A DNA stretch of 64,000 bases from Candidatus Hydrogenedentota bacterium (GTDB lineage Bacteria; Hydrogenedentota; Hydrogenedentia; Hydrogenedentales; SLHB01), in NCBI GenBank assembly GCA_963674865.2, contig CAXXYE010000003.1, forward strand, positions 32,001 through 96,000. The letters run 5' to 3'. The first letter of the stretch is position 1. Each line of letters starts with the position of its first letter. The notes under the pieces were generated by a model. That model was not told the DNA's origin, made no database searches, and saw nothing but the letters and a program-made list of their open reading frames with translations. Below are positions 27,814 to 37,251 of this stretch, piece after piece. The position numbers and the translations under genes are program-made.

Positions 27814-29141
27814 GAGGCACCTTCCTGAATCAAAGTATCGCCGGACGGGGCCAGCGGTTGGGGGATTTCAAACCAGAACTCGGCCCACTGCCCGGGCTCG
27901 GAGCGCGCGTCTATCATACCATGATGGAGCCGAATGATGCGCCAACAGGTGTACAATCCCACGCCTGTGCCTTTCTCCTTCAGGAGCTCGGGCGTTGTGA
28001 GTCTGGAGAACTTCCGAAATAGCTTGGAGCGTTCGCTGGGAGGGAACCCCGGCCCTTCATTGCGCACGCTTACCTTCAGCGCGGTATCGCTCCGCGATAC
28101 CGCGAGTTGGACAAGGCCGCCGTGTTTCCCGTACTTGACGGCATTGCCGAGCAGATTGACGGCGACGATCTTTAGCAAGCGCGGATCGCACTCGACGGGC
28201 GGCAGGTTCTCCGCGATATCGCGTTCGAGCCGCATCTCCTTCTCCTGGAGGGCCGGCTCGATCACCTCAACAGCCGGTTCAAGGACTGTCTTGACAAGGT
28301 CGACGTTCTTTTCCGGCGACGCCTCCAGTTGGCCTCCCTCGATCTGGGCCAGATTGAGGTAGTCCCGGGCCAGATCCAGCACGAATTGGGCCTTACGAAT
28401 CATGCGTTCGACCACGGCATGATGCTCCGGCGCCATGGGCCCGAAGTAGTCCTCGGTGAGGGCGTAGCCATCCGTCATGATAGAAGCGAGCGGATTCTTG
28501 AGCTCGTGGCTCACGAAACCGAGCATCTCGAAATAGGCCTTGTTTGCGGCGGCAAGCTGTTCGATGCGATAGGCCTTCTCGACGGCCTGGCTCAAGCGCT
28601 CCGCCACGTCAAGATGCATCCGTACCTGGTGCTCGTTGTAGGTTTTGGCTTGCCGGGAACTCCTGAACATGACGCCAACGATGCGGCCGTCCACGCGCAG
28701 GGGGCAGGTCATGCTGGAGCGGACTCCCTCACGTACCAGGAGCTTTGTCGAGGCGCTGTCCGGATGATCGGCGAGATAGGTTTCCAGGTCGTTGATGATG
28801 CGGACGGTCCCTTGCTCCAACAGCGCCTTGAGCGAGCCGCGACGCAATTCTTCGGAGTAGCCCTTCGCGAGGACAAGCGGCTCGTAGAGGGCGCGCGCCC
28901 AATGCGCCGTGATCCGGACCCCCTCGTCTTCGAGAAAGGCAAGTCCGATCCGATCACACGGGCATATATCGCGCGTCGACGCGAACAGAAAGTCCATGAT
29001 CTCCTCGAGGGACTCCGCTCCGGCGATCCGTTGATTGATGGCGTCCAGGACGTCTCGTTCACGGGCCGCCAGCGGCGCCTCGGAAAGGCCGGGCTCCGTT
29101 GGATCGATGTAGCGCAGGTTGCCGTTGTCGGACGTAATCAT
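27810..29141 (-). CDS. Cytoplasmic GAF-domain sensor histidine kinase
   Basis: GAF region (RSSMTCPLRVDGRIVG), SHELKNPL, NLLGNAVKY, GTGVGL; overlaps the hydG start by 4 bp. Confidence 0.9.
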   Translation of the reverse strand: MITSDNGNLRYIDPTEPGLSEAPLAARERDVLDAINQRIAGAESLEEIMDFLFASTRDICPCDRIGLAFLEDEGVRITAHWARALYEPLVLAKGYSEELRRGSLKALLEQGTVRIINDLETYLADHPDSASTKLLVREGVRSSMTCPLRVDGRIVGVMFRSSRQAKTYNEHQVRMHLDVAERLSQAVEKAYRIEQLAAANKAYFEMLGFVSHELKNPLASIMTDGYALTEDYFGPMAPEHHAVVERMIRKAQFVLDLARDYLNLAQIEGGQLEASPEKNVDLVKTVLEPAVEVIEPALQEKEMRLERDIAENLPPVECDPRLLKIVAVNLLGNAVKYGKHGGLVQLAVSRSDTALKVSVRNEGPGFPPSERSKLFRKFSRLTTPELLKEKGTGVGLYTCWRIIRLHHGMIDARSEPGQWAEFWFEIPQPLAPSGDTLIQEGAS

Positions 29142-29299
29142 GTCTTTCCTAACACGATGCCGGGGCTAGCGGCGTTCTCCATGCGGACTCTCTGAGCCGA
29201 GATTCGGCGTGCCCACGAACATAGGCGGGATGACTGCCGCATACCACACAACTTCCCTTGTTATAACAAAGCGCCTCGTCAGGCCATTCCACAAAGACG

Positions 29300-29336
29300 A
29301 AGATGCCGGACGAGCATATCACCCGTCCGGCATCTT
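29300..29336 (-). terminator. Hairpin downstream of hydA
   Basis: AAGATGCCGGACG / CGTCCGGCATCTT 13-bp inverted repeat. Confidence 0.55.
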
Positions 29337-29364
29337 GGCGTAATAGGTTCTTTCGACTACGCCG

Positions 29365-31296
29365 TTAGGCGATATACTTCCCTCGCGGCGTGTAGTGCGT
29401 GTGCAGGAGCTTGTGGCTCAGATGCGAGCACGGCCCCTCCGTCAGGAACTTCGCGTAAATCTCGGCGATTGCCGGATTCTCGTACGACTTGCGGACCTCG
29501 GAGGCGGTGTCCTCGGCGTAGATCGCCTTGGCGCGCTGCGCGCGGATTTCCGGACTCGTCGGAATCGGCTGTCCGCCGCCGCCCAAGCACCCGCCGGGGC
29601 AGGCCATGAACTCGATGAAGTGGCACTCGCTGAACTTGCCGCCCGCCTTGATATCGTCCATCACCTTCTTGGCATTGGCCGTACCGTGCGCGACGCCTAC
29701 CTTGAGCGTGGCTCCCTTGAGCCATTCCCAATTCGGCACGAGATTCTTCAGCAGGTCCGGCACCGGCCCTACGTCTTTGATAGGCAGTTCCACATAGCGA
29801 ACGCCCTCGAATCCGCGAACGGGAATGATGTCGGCGTGCTCGAACAGGTTCTCGACCTTGACGCCGCACACAAGTTCAATAACCGTACGCAGCGCGGACT
29901 CCATGACGCCGCCCGTGGCGCCGAAGATGACGCCCGACCCGGTGGCCGTGCCGAAGGGGTCGTCGAAGTCGGACTTAGGGATATCCGGCAGATGGATGCC
30001 CGCTTCGCTGATCATCTGGGCCAGTTCGCGCGTGGTCAGGCCGTAATCGATGTCCTTGTAGCCGCTGTCGCACATCTCGGGGCGGTTGCACTCGTACTTC
30101 TTCGCCGAGCACGGCATCAACGCCACCGTCACGATGTCTTTCGGATCGATGTTGTTGATCTGCGCGTAATACGTCTTGATTACCGCGCCGAACATCTGCT
30201 GCGGACTCTTCGCGGACGAGACGTGGTCAAGGTACTCCGGATAGAAGTGCTCGATGAATTTGACCCAGCCGGGCGAACAGCTCGTGAACTGAGGCAAGGC
30301 CGCGGACTCGTCCTTCTCGACCAGCGCCTTGTAAAGGCGCAGCAGCAACTCCGTGCCCTCCTCAATAATGGTGAGGTCGGCTGTGAAGTTCGTGTCGAAG
30401 ATCTTGTTGAATCCGCACAGGCGGAGGGCCGTGTTCATCTCGAAGGTCAGTGCGTGGCCCGGCTCGAGCCCGAAGCACTCGCCGATGCCCGCGCGCGGAC
30501 TTGGCGCCGTCTGGATAACGACGTGCTTGGTGGGATCGTCGATGGCCGCCCAAACTTCATCCGTCGGGTCGTTGGCCCGCAATGCACCCGTCGGACAGCG
30601 GTTGATGCACTGGCCGCAGTTGATGCAGACCACGTCGGCCAACGGCTTGTCCTTGAACGTGACGATCTTCGTCTCGGCCCCGCGGTTGGCGGCCTCCAAC
30701 ACGCCGACCTCCTGGAGATCGATGCACGTGCGGACACAGCGCCGGCACAGGATGCACTTGTTCATATCCCGCACGACGGAGTAGCTCGAGCGGTCGAGTT
30801 CGCACAGCGGCTCATCAGGGTGGCCAAACCGGAAGAAATCGACGCCGTACTCTTTGGCCAGACTCTGCAACTCACAATTGTTATTGCGGAAGCAGGCGTA
30901 GCACTCGCCATAGTGCTTCGACAGGAGCAGGTCAAGAATGTGCCTGCGCGCCTGCCGGACCTTTCGCGTATGCGTGTGAACCGTGATGGGCGCCGTGATC
31001 GGATAGGCGCAAGACGCCTGAAGCGTCCGCTGGCCCTCGACCTCTACGACGCACACACGGCAGACGCCCGCTACACAGAGGTCATCGTGATGACACAAGG
31101 TCGGGATACGGATGCCCAAGGACTTGGCCGCCTCGAGGATTGTCGTACCGATAGGGACCTTGATCTTCTGGCCGTCGATGACCACCGAGACTTGTGCCCC
31201 GATGGCGCCCATGTCCGCCGGGGCTTCCATCTTCTTCGCCCGCTGACTCACTGGAGCGCGGGAGTCTTTGTTGTCAACAGGTTTCTTGTCGGTCAT
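29365..31296 (-). CDS. hydA: [FeFe]-hydrogenase catalytic subunit (group A, trimeric type)
   Basis: N-terminal [2Fe-2S], His-ligated [4Fe-4S] and 2x[4Fe-4S] motifs; H-cluster motifs TSCSPGW, MPCSAKKYE, EFMACPGGCLGGGGQP. Confidence 0.96.
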   Translation of the reverse strand: MTDKKPVDNKDSRAPVSQRAKKMEAPADMGAIGAQVSVVIDGQKIKVPIGTTILEAAKSLGIRIPTLCHHDDLCVAGVCRVCVVEVEGQRTLQASCAYPITAPITVHTHTRKVRQARRHILDLLLSKHYGECYACFRNNNCELQSLAKEYGVDFFRFGHPDEPLCELDRSSYSVVRDMNKCILCRRCVRTCIDLQEVGVLEAANRGAETKIVTFKDKPLADVVCINCGQCINRCPTGALRANDPTDEVWAAIDDPTKHVVIQTAPSPRAGIGECFGLEPGHALTFEMNTALRLCGFNKIFDTNFTADLTIIEEGTELLLRLYKALVEKDESAALPQFTSCSPGWVKFIEHFYPEYLDHVSSAKSPQQMFGAVIKTYYAQINNIDPKDIVTVALMPCSAKKYECNRPEMCDSGYKDIDYGLTTRELAQMISEAGIHLPDIPKSDFDDPFGTATGSGVIFGATGGVMESALRTVIELVCGVKVENLFEHADIIPVRGFEGVRYVELPIKDVGPVPDLLKNLVPNWEWLKGATLKVGVAHGTANAKKVMDDIKAGGKFSECHFIEFMACPGGCLGGGGQPIPTSPEIRAQRAKAIYAEDTASEVRKSYENPAIAEIYAKFLTEGPCSHLSHKLLHTHYTPRGKYIA

Positions 31297-31315
31297 GCTC
31301 AACTCCTCGGGCCTG

Positions 31316-32506
31316 TCACACAGGCTGCTGGCACCGGCCCATGATTTCATCCTTAAAATGCTTCACGATCGAAAGAAAGGCGTTCGGACTGGACTGGCCG
31401 AGGCCGCATTTGGAGGCCAGTTGCATGGTTTCGCCGAGGGCGCCCAGTTCGCGGAGATACTGCATCGAGCATCGACCTTCCTTGAGCATCTCGACCCCTT
31501 CAAGCAACTTGACGTTTCCTTCGCGGCAGGGCGTGCATTGTCCGCATGACTCCTCGACGAAGAACTCGAGGAAGTTCAACGCCACGTCAAGCATGTCGCG
31601 CTCCGGCCCGAACACAATGATGGAGCCGCCGGTGGGGATGTCCTCATACGCGATAGCACGGGAGAACTCCGAGGCCGGCACACAGTGCCCCGAGGCGCCG
31701 CCGACTTGCACCGCTTTGGCGCTTTCTCCGCCCACTTCCTTGAGCAGTTGGGCGACGGTGATGCCCATCGGAAACTCGTAAACGCCGGGATCCGCGCAGT
31801 CGCCGGACACGCTGAAAAGCTTCAGGCCGGTCGACTTCTCCGTACCAATGGCTTTGAACCAATCGGCGCCTTTAGCAAGGATGCAGGAGATCCAGGCGAG
31901 GGTTTCAACGTTGTTTACGGCGGTTGCGTGGCCCATGAATCCCGTATCAACAGGGAACGGCGGCCGGTTGCGTGGCTCTCCACGCTGGCCTTCAAGCGAT
32001 TCAATGAGCGCTGTTTCTTCGCCGCAGACGTAGGCTCCCGATCCGAGCACGATCTCGATGTCGAAATCGGCCTTCTCCTTGCCCTTGATGGCCTTACCAA
32101 GCAGCTTGTTCTCACGGCGCTTGGCCAAGACCTCCTCCAGGTGAGGGCGCAAATACGTGTATTCGCCGCGCAGGTACATGATGCCCTTCTGGGCGCCGAT
32201 GGCCAGGCCGCCAATAGTCATGCCCTCAAAAACCAGGTCGGCGTAATCCGAAAGGATAAGACGATCTTTGAACGTGCCCGGCTCGCCCTCGTCGGCGTTG
32301 CAGACAATGAACTTCATGTCGTCTTTGACGGCGGCGGCGAGGTTCCATTTCACGCCCGTCGGAAAGCCTGCTCCGCCACGGCCCTTGATTCCGGAAGCGC
32401 TGATCTGTCCGATGATGTCGGCCGGACTCTTCTCCAAGGCAGCCGCAAGACCGCTGTCTGGACTGATGGAGGCAAACGTCAATGAACGCTTCTTTTGAGC
32501 GGTCAT
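31316..32506 (-). CDS. hydB: NuoF-like FMN/NADH-binding hydrogenase beta subunit (short, ~396 aa)
   Basis: GRGGAGFPTG, NADEGEPGTFKDR, GAYVCGEETAL, ESCGQCTPCREG..CGLG. Confidence 0.92.
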   Translation of the reverse strand: MTAQKKRSLTFASISPDSGLAAALEKSPADIIGQISASGIKGRGGAGFPTGVKWNLAAAVKDDMKFIVCNADEGEPGTFKDRLILSDYADLVFEGMTIGGLAIGAQKGIMYLRGEYTYLRPHLEEVLAKRRENKLLGKAIKGKEKADFDIEIVLGSGAYVCGEETALIESLEGQRGEPRNRPPFPVDTGFMGHATAVNNVETLAWISCILAKGADWFKAIGTEKSTGLKLFSVSGDCADPGVYEFPMGITVAQLLKEVGGESAKAVQVGGASGHCVPASEFSRAIAYEDIPTGGSIIVFGPERDMLDVALNFLEFFVEESCGQCTPCREGNVKLLEGVEMLKEGRCSMQYLRELGALGETMQLASKCGLGQSSPNAFLSIVKHFKDEIMGRCQQPV

Positions 32507-33024
32507 ACCAGGTGCCCCTCCTTTCTCTGCTCGGCGTGGGCGCCGAAGACCTTGCGGCACCCTTCCAGAATATCGTGGACCTTTTCGGGAGTTACTTGCG
32601 TGAAGACTTGTTCGTTAACCAGCATGGCCGGGCCCTGGTCGCACATCCCGAGGCAGTTGGCCCATTCAAGGGTGAACTTCCCGTCGGGCGTCGTCTCGCC
32701 GAACGCGATACCGAGGTCATTCTCGAGTTGCCGCGCTACACGGTCCTTGCCCTGCATATCGCACGCGATGGTGCGGCACACGCGGATGACGAACCGCCCT
32801 TTCGGCTTGTCGTCGAGGAAGCTGTAGAAGGACACAACGCCGTACACTTCGACGGGGTGGATGCCCAACAGATCCGCGACAACCTGCATGGCGTACTCAG
32901 AAATCTGATAGTACTCACGCTGGATTTCCTGCAGGATGGGGATGAGAGCGGACCGCTCGCGTCCGTAGCGATCGGCCAATGCTTCAATCTCGCCTTTGAG
33001 CCTGTCTTGTTCACTCAAGAGCAT
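32503..33024 (-). CDS. hydC: NuoE-like [2Fe-2S] hydrogenase gamma subunit
   Basis: LIPILQEIQ, VCRTIACD...CLGMCD. Confidence 0.92.
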   Translation of the reverse strand: MLLSEQDRLKGEIEALADRYGRERSALIPILQEIQREYYQISEYAMQVVADLLGIHPVEVYGVVSFYSFLDDKPKGRFVIRVCRTIACDMQGKDRVARQLENDLGIAFGETTPDGKFTLEWANCLGMCDQGPAMLVNEQVFTQVTPEKVHDILEGCRKVFGAHAEQRKEGHLV

Positions 33025-33028
33025 GCGA

Positions 33029-33409
33029 TCAGCCCTCCTCTTTCTTGAGCAGTGCGGCGACCTTCTCGATCAGCACGTCGGGTTTGGCGGGCTTCTCGAG
33101 GAAATCATCCACGGGAACGACGGACTCGTTCTTGCCGTATTCCATGCCCGTAACCTTCCCGATGCTTGTCAACATCAGGATCGGTTTTGTGAAGCCGCCG
33201 CGCCGCAGCTCCTGGGCCATGGCAATACCGTCGTCGGGCTGTTCCATCATGACGTCCAAGATCAGCACGTCCGGTATGGACTCGCTGATCGCCTGCATGC
33301 CCGTCTCGCGGCTGCAAGCGGAGGCGATCTCATAACCTTCCTTCTTCAGGAAGAGAGTACACGCCTCCACGACATCCGGGTCGTCATCGACAATCAGGAC
33401 CTTCGCCAT
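33029..33409 (-). CDS. Single-domain response regulator
   Basis: VLIVDDD, PDVLILDVMM, MLTS, FLEKP; ATG at 33409. Confidence 0.9.
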   Translation of the reverse strand: MAKVLIVDDDPDVVEACTLFLKKEGYEIASACSRETGMQAISESIPDVLILDVMMEQPDDGIAMAQELRRGGFTKPILMLTSIGKVTGMEYGKNESVVPVDDFLEKPAKPDVLIEKVAALLKKEEG

Positions 33410-33557
33410 CTCGCGCTCCTTTCCTTCACAACAACTCGCTACTAAGTGTAAACCGAGAAACGCTGGGTTCGGAACTCTCGCCGCCAACGGGACCGGGCAG
33501 GAGAGCGTATCACCCTAGCTGGTGGGAACCTCGAATCACTCGCCGCAGCTAAACTTG

Positions 33558-33575
33558 CTGTGATTGTAATCACAA
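33558..33575. promoter_or_regulatory. Palindromic TGTGA-N6-TCACA operator (Rex- or CRP-family-like)
   Basis: CTGTGATTGTAATCACAA in the divergent hyd/fhs intergenic region. Confidence 0.55.
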
Positions 33576-33828
33576 TGAACCCCACTTTGCAAACGGACTG
33601 CAAGTTACTTTCAACACAGGGGCGATTTATCTCGGCAATCCCAGTCAAGACGGGCCAAGAACGGCCGGTGGCCACCCGAGTCGCGAGTGCCATGGCCCTT
33701 CGGATGGGACTTGCGGCCATGCCCTGGGAGCCATCAATGCCTTTGTCCTCACCAAGCGGCCGGGGCCGGCTAAGGCGCTTCTACCTCGAAAGTATTTAGG
33801 AGCAATAACTTGCAGGCTACGCCCTTTG

Positions 33829-33857
33829 TTGAAAAGACCTTCATCCGTCCATATAAT
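33829..33857 (+). promoter_or_regulatory. Sigma70-type promoter of the fhs-hdr-met operon
   Basis: TTGAAA-17 bp-TATAAT. Confidence 0.7.
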
Positions 33858-33989
33858 GCCCGGCCATTGTCCGCGTGAGGGTAGCCGCCCGAGCACAATG
33901 GGCTGTCCTTAACCTATCGCCGCACTCAGAAGTCCGGCGCGAAGCCGCTGGCTTCTGCGCTGATTATGACACAGAGAAAGGAGTGCCGC

Positions 33990-35756
33990 ATGGCGACCCT
34001 GGACCCGAAAGCTATGGCCGACTGGGAAATTGCGGAAGCCGCCTCCGAGCATATGAAGACGGTGACGCAACTCGCCGGGGAAATGGGACTCGATCCCATC
34101 GAGCTGCTGCCCTATGGCCACCACGTGGGCAAACTGGATTTTGGCCGAATTCTCGATCGTTTGGCTGATCGGCCCAACGGGAAGTACATCGAGGTTACCG
34201 CCATCACGCCCACGCCTCTGGGCGAAGGGAAATCAACTACCTCGATGGGCCTAGTGCAGGGGCTCGGCCGGTTGGGCAAGAAGGTCATCGGCGCCATACG
34301 GCAACCTTCCAGCGGGCCGACCTTCAATATCAAAGGCTCGGCCGCGGGGGGCGGACTCAGCCAGTGCATTCCATTGACGGATTTCAGCCTCGGACTAACT
34401 GGGGACATCGACGCCGTTACCAACGCCCACAACCTCGCCATGGTGGCCCTTACCAGCCGCCTCCAACATGAATACAACTATGCCGACGCGGTGTTGGAGA
34501 AGAAGGGCCTCAAACGCCTCGACATCGATCCGAGAAACATCGCCGTCGGCTGGTGCATGGATTTCTGCGCTCAAGCGCTTAGAGAAATCGTCATCGGCAT
34601 GGGCGGCAAGATGGACGGCTTCATGCTGAAGAGCGGATTCCAGATCTCCGTTTCCTCGGAGGTGATGGCCGTGCTCGCCGTCGCCACCAGCCTCGCGGAT
34701 CTGCGGCAGCGTCTCGCCAAGATTGTTGTCGCGTATGACAAGGCTGGAAATCCTGTGACGACGGCGGACCTCGAAGTCGACGGGGCCATGACGGCCCTCA
34801 TGAGCAAGGCCATCAATCCAAACCTTATGCAGTCCATCGAGGGCCAGCCCGTTCTTGTTCACGCCGGCCCCTTTGCCAACATCGCCATCGGCCAGTCCTC
34901 CATCATCGCCGATCGGGTCGGCCTCAAGCTCGCCGACTACCACGTCACCGAAAGCGGATTCGGTGCGGATATCGGCTTCGAAAAGTTCTGGAACCTGAAG
35001 TGCCGCTTCAGCGGCCTCGTGCCCAACTGCTCCGTCATTGTGGCCACGATACGGGCGTTGAAGATGCACGGCGGCGGGCCGAAGGTCGCGCCGGGCAAGC
35101 CGCTTGACAGGGCCTACACGGAAGAAAACGTCGAACTCGTTGAAAAGGGCGCCGAGAACCTGATCGCCCATATCGAAACGGTAAAGAAGAGCGGGATTCC
35201 TGCCGTGGTGTGCATCAACCACTTCTACACCGACACGGATGCTGAAGTGGCGGCGGTTCGCAAGGCCGCGGAGGCGGTTGGGGCTACCGTGGCCGTCTCC
35301 AAGCATTGGGAGAAGGGCGGGGAGGGCGCCGTTGAACTCGCGGAGGCTGTAGTGGCTGCGTGCGAAACCGAGCCCAACTTCCAATTCCTCTACGAGAGTG
35401 GAATGCCTCTCAAGGAGAAGATCCGCCGTATTGCGACGGAGGTCTACGGCGCGGATGACGTCAGCTACTCGCCGGATGCCGAAGCGATGGTACGGCAGGT
35501 CGAGGCCGATGATGAACTGAAGCAACTGGGCACCTGTATGGTGAAGACCCATCTCAGCCTTTCCCACGACCCGAGCGTCAAGGGGCGCCCGAAGGGATGG
35601 ACGCTTCCCGTGCGCGATATTCTGATCTACCGGGGCGCCGGCTTCGTGGTGCCGGTTGCGGGCGACATCAAGCTTATGCCGGGCACGGCCTCGGATGCGG
35701 CCTTCCGGCGGATTGACGTGGACGTTGAGACGGGCAAGGTGAAGGGACTTTTCTGA
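33990..35756 (+). CDS. fhs: Formate--tetrahydrofolate ligase
   Basis: [68 protein letters not shown] before ATG 33990. Confidence 0.97.
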   Translation: MATLDPKAMADWEIAEAASEHMKTVTQLAGEMGLDPIELLPYGHHVGKLDFGRILDRLADRPNGKYIEVTAITPTPLGEGKSTTSMGLVQGLGRLGKKVIGAIRQPSSGPTFNIKGSAAGGGLSQCIPLTDFSLGLTGDIDAVTNAHNLAMVALTSRLQHEYNYADAVLEKKGLKRLDIDPRNIAVGWCMDFCAQALREIVIGMGGKMDGFMLKSGFQISVSSEVMAVLAVATSLADLRQRLAKIVVAYDKAGNPVTTADLEVDGAMTALMSKAINPNLMQSIEGQPVLVHAGPFANIAIGQSSIIADRVGLKLADYHVTESGFGADIGFEKFWNLKCRFSGLVPNCSVIVATIRALKMHGGGPKVAPGKPLDRAYTEENVELVEKGAENLIAHIETVKKSGIPAVVCINHFYTDTDAEVAAVRKAAEAVGATVAVSKHWEKGGEGAVELAEAVVAACETEPNFQFLYESGMPLKEKIRRIATEVYGADDVSYSPDAEAMVRQVEADDELKQLGTCMVKTHLSLSHDPSVKGRPKGWTLPVRDILIYRGAGFVVPVAGDIKLMPGTASDAAFRRIDVDVETGKVKGLF

Positions 35757-35829
35757 GGGTGCGCGGGCATCGCAGCGGACCTCCGCGTTCCCCTGGAGCA
35801 CAGAACAGGGCCGCTGTGTCATTGAGCAC

Positions 35830-36375
35830 GTGATGGGACCGGACGGAACTGGGCAAGAAGAGATTCTTCGAGGTCGTGCCGCGGTTGTCGATGGTGAGAA
35901 TCCCTGCCTGTGCTACCAGTGTGCCAAGTGCTCGACGGGATGCCCGCTCTCGAGCGAAATGGACCTGCTTCCCCATCAAATCATCCACCTGCTCTCGCTG
36001 GATATGGAAGAGCGGGCGCTCAAGTCGAAAACCATCTGGTTGTGCGCCTCGTGCTATACGTGCGCGGTGCGCTGCCCGAACGATATCGATATCACTTCCG
36101 TTATGGACGAACTGCGCGGCAAGGCGCTTTCCCAGGGCGTGCCGTGTCCCTTCCCTGAGATCCTCACCTTCCACAAGAACTTCATGCGGGACCTCATGCG
36201 GCGCGGCCGGGTGCACGAACTTCGGATGATGGGCGAGTACAACCTCCGCACGGGACACCCGTTCCACGATGCCCTGCTCGGCCTCCGCATGTTCCTTAAG
36301 GGGCGTCTGCGGCCGCTTCCCCCGCGGGCCGCCAAAGGATTCAAACGCTGGGCGAGGAGGCTATGGAAGTCTTGA
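35830..36375 (+). CDS. hdrC: Heterodisulfide reductase-like subunit C
   Basis: CYQCAKCSTGCP and WLCASCYTCAVRCP ferredoxin motifs. Confidence 0.9.
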   Translation: MMGPDGTGQEEILRGRAAVVDGENPCLCYQCAKCSTGCPLSSEMDLLPHQIIHLLSLDMEERALKSKTIWLCASCYTCAVRCPNDIDITSVMDELRGKALSQGVPCPFPEILTFHKNFMRDLMRRGRVHELRMMGEYNLRTGHPFHDALLGLRMFLKGRLRPLPPRAAKGFKRWARRLWKS

Positions 36376-37250
36376 GCGAGCGCCGCGTAGCCTTGTTCCC
36401 GGGATGCAGCCTTGAGGGCACCTCAAGTGAATTCCTGGCCAGCCTGTTGGAAGTGTTCCGCGTGTTGGATATCCAGTGCCCGGCCCTCGATAACTGGAGT
36501 TGCTGCGGCGCCACCTCGGCCCATGCGCTGGACCACGAGATGCACCTGGCTCTGAATGCGCGAAACTTGGCCGCGGCGGAAGAGCAAGGGTATTCCGAGC
36601 TTCTCGTGCCGTGCGCGGCCTGCTATCACCGGCTCGCCAGTGCGGCCTTCGAGTTGCGTGACAAACCGGCGCGGCTTGCGGAGGTCAACGCAAAGACGGG
36701 CCTGGACTACCGCGGCGGCGTTGCCGTCCGGAACGTACTCGACTTTCTGGCCAACGATACCGGCACGGAGATGATTGCGGCGCGCGTCAAGACGCCGCTG
36801 GCTCACTTGAACGCCGCCTGCTACTACGGATGCCTTAACACGCGCATCCCCCGAATGCCCGCCTTTGACGACGTGGACTATCCGATGTCCATGGACCTCG
36901 TCGTGCAAGCGCTCGGGGCCAAGACGCTGGATTGGTCTTATAAGACAGAGTGCTGCGGCGCGAGCCTCTTCATCACAAAGGAAGAGACCTCCGCGCGTCT
37001 TGTGGCGCAGGTTCTGCAGGATGCCTTGGCGCGAGGGGCGGACTGCATCGTCGTGTCCTGCCCCATGTGCCACAACAACCTGGACACAAAACAGGCCGCG
37101 ATTCGCGAAGCCTTCGGAATTGCCAAACCGGTGCCGATCCTCTTCGTCACGCAGCTCATCGGACTAGCCTTCGGATTGGACGCCGGCCGGCTGGGGCTGG
37201 CGAAGCACTTCGTCCCGGTGGCGCTGTCGGCAACGGGAAAGGCCTGCTGA
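36363..37250 (+). CDS. hdrB: Heterodisulfide reductase-like subunit B (CCG domains)
   Basis: FPGCSL, WSCCGA, PCAACY, YYGC, ECCGAS, CPMCHNNLD. Confidence 0.92.
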   Translation: MEVLSERRVALFPGCSLEGTSSEFLASLLEVFRVLDIQCPALDNWSCCGATSAHALDHEMHLALNARNLAAAEEQGYSELLVPCAACYHRLASAAFELRDKPARLAEVNAKTGLDYRGGVAVRNVLDFLANDTGTEMIAARVKTPLAHLNAACYYGCLNTRIPRMPAFDDVDYPMSMDLVVQALGAKTLDWSYKTECCGASLFITKEETSARLVAQVLQDALARGADCIVVSCPMCHNNLDTKQAAIREAFGIAKPVPILFVTQLIGLAFGLDAGRLGLAKHFVPVALSATGKAC

Positions 37251-37251
37251 G

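Noticed and set aside
29395..31344. Long antisense ORFs (e.g. 649 aa opposite hydA, 475 aa opposite fhs, 442 aa opposite hydF)
   Set aside because: Shadow ORFs typical of high-GC coding DNA; no motifs.
33858..33989. Riboswitch (ZTP, THF, SAM or SAH) in the fhs leader
   Set aside because: No consensus elements recognised by eye; an Rfam scan would be needed to exclude one fully.
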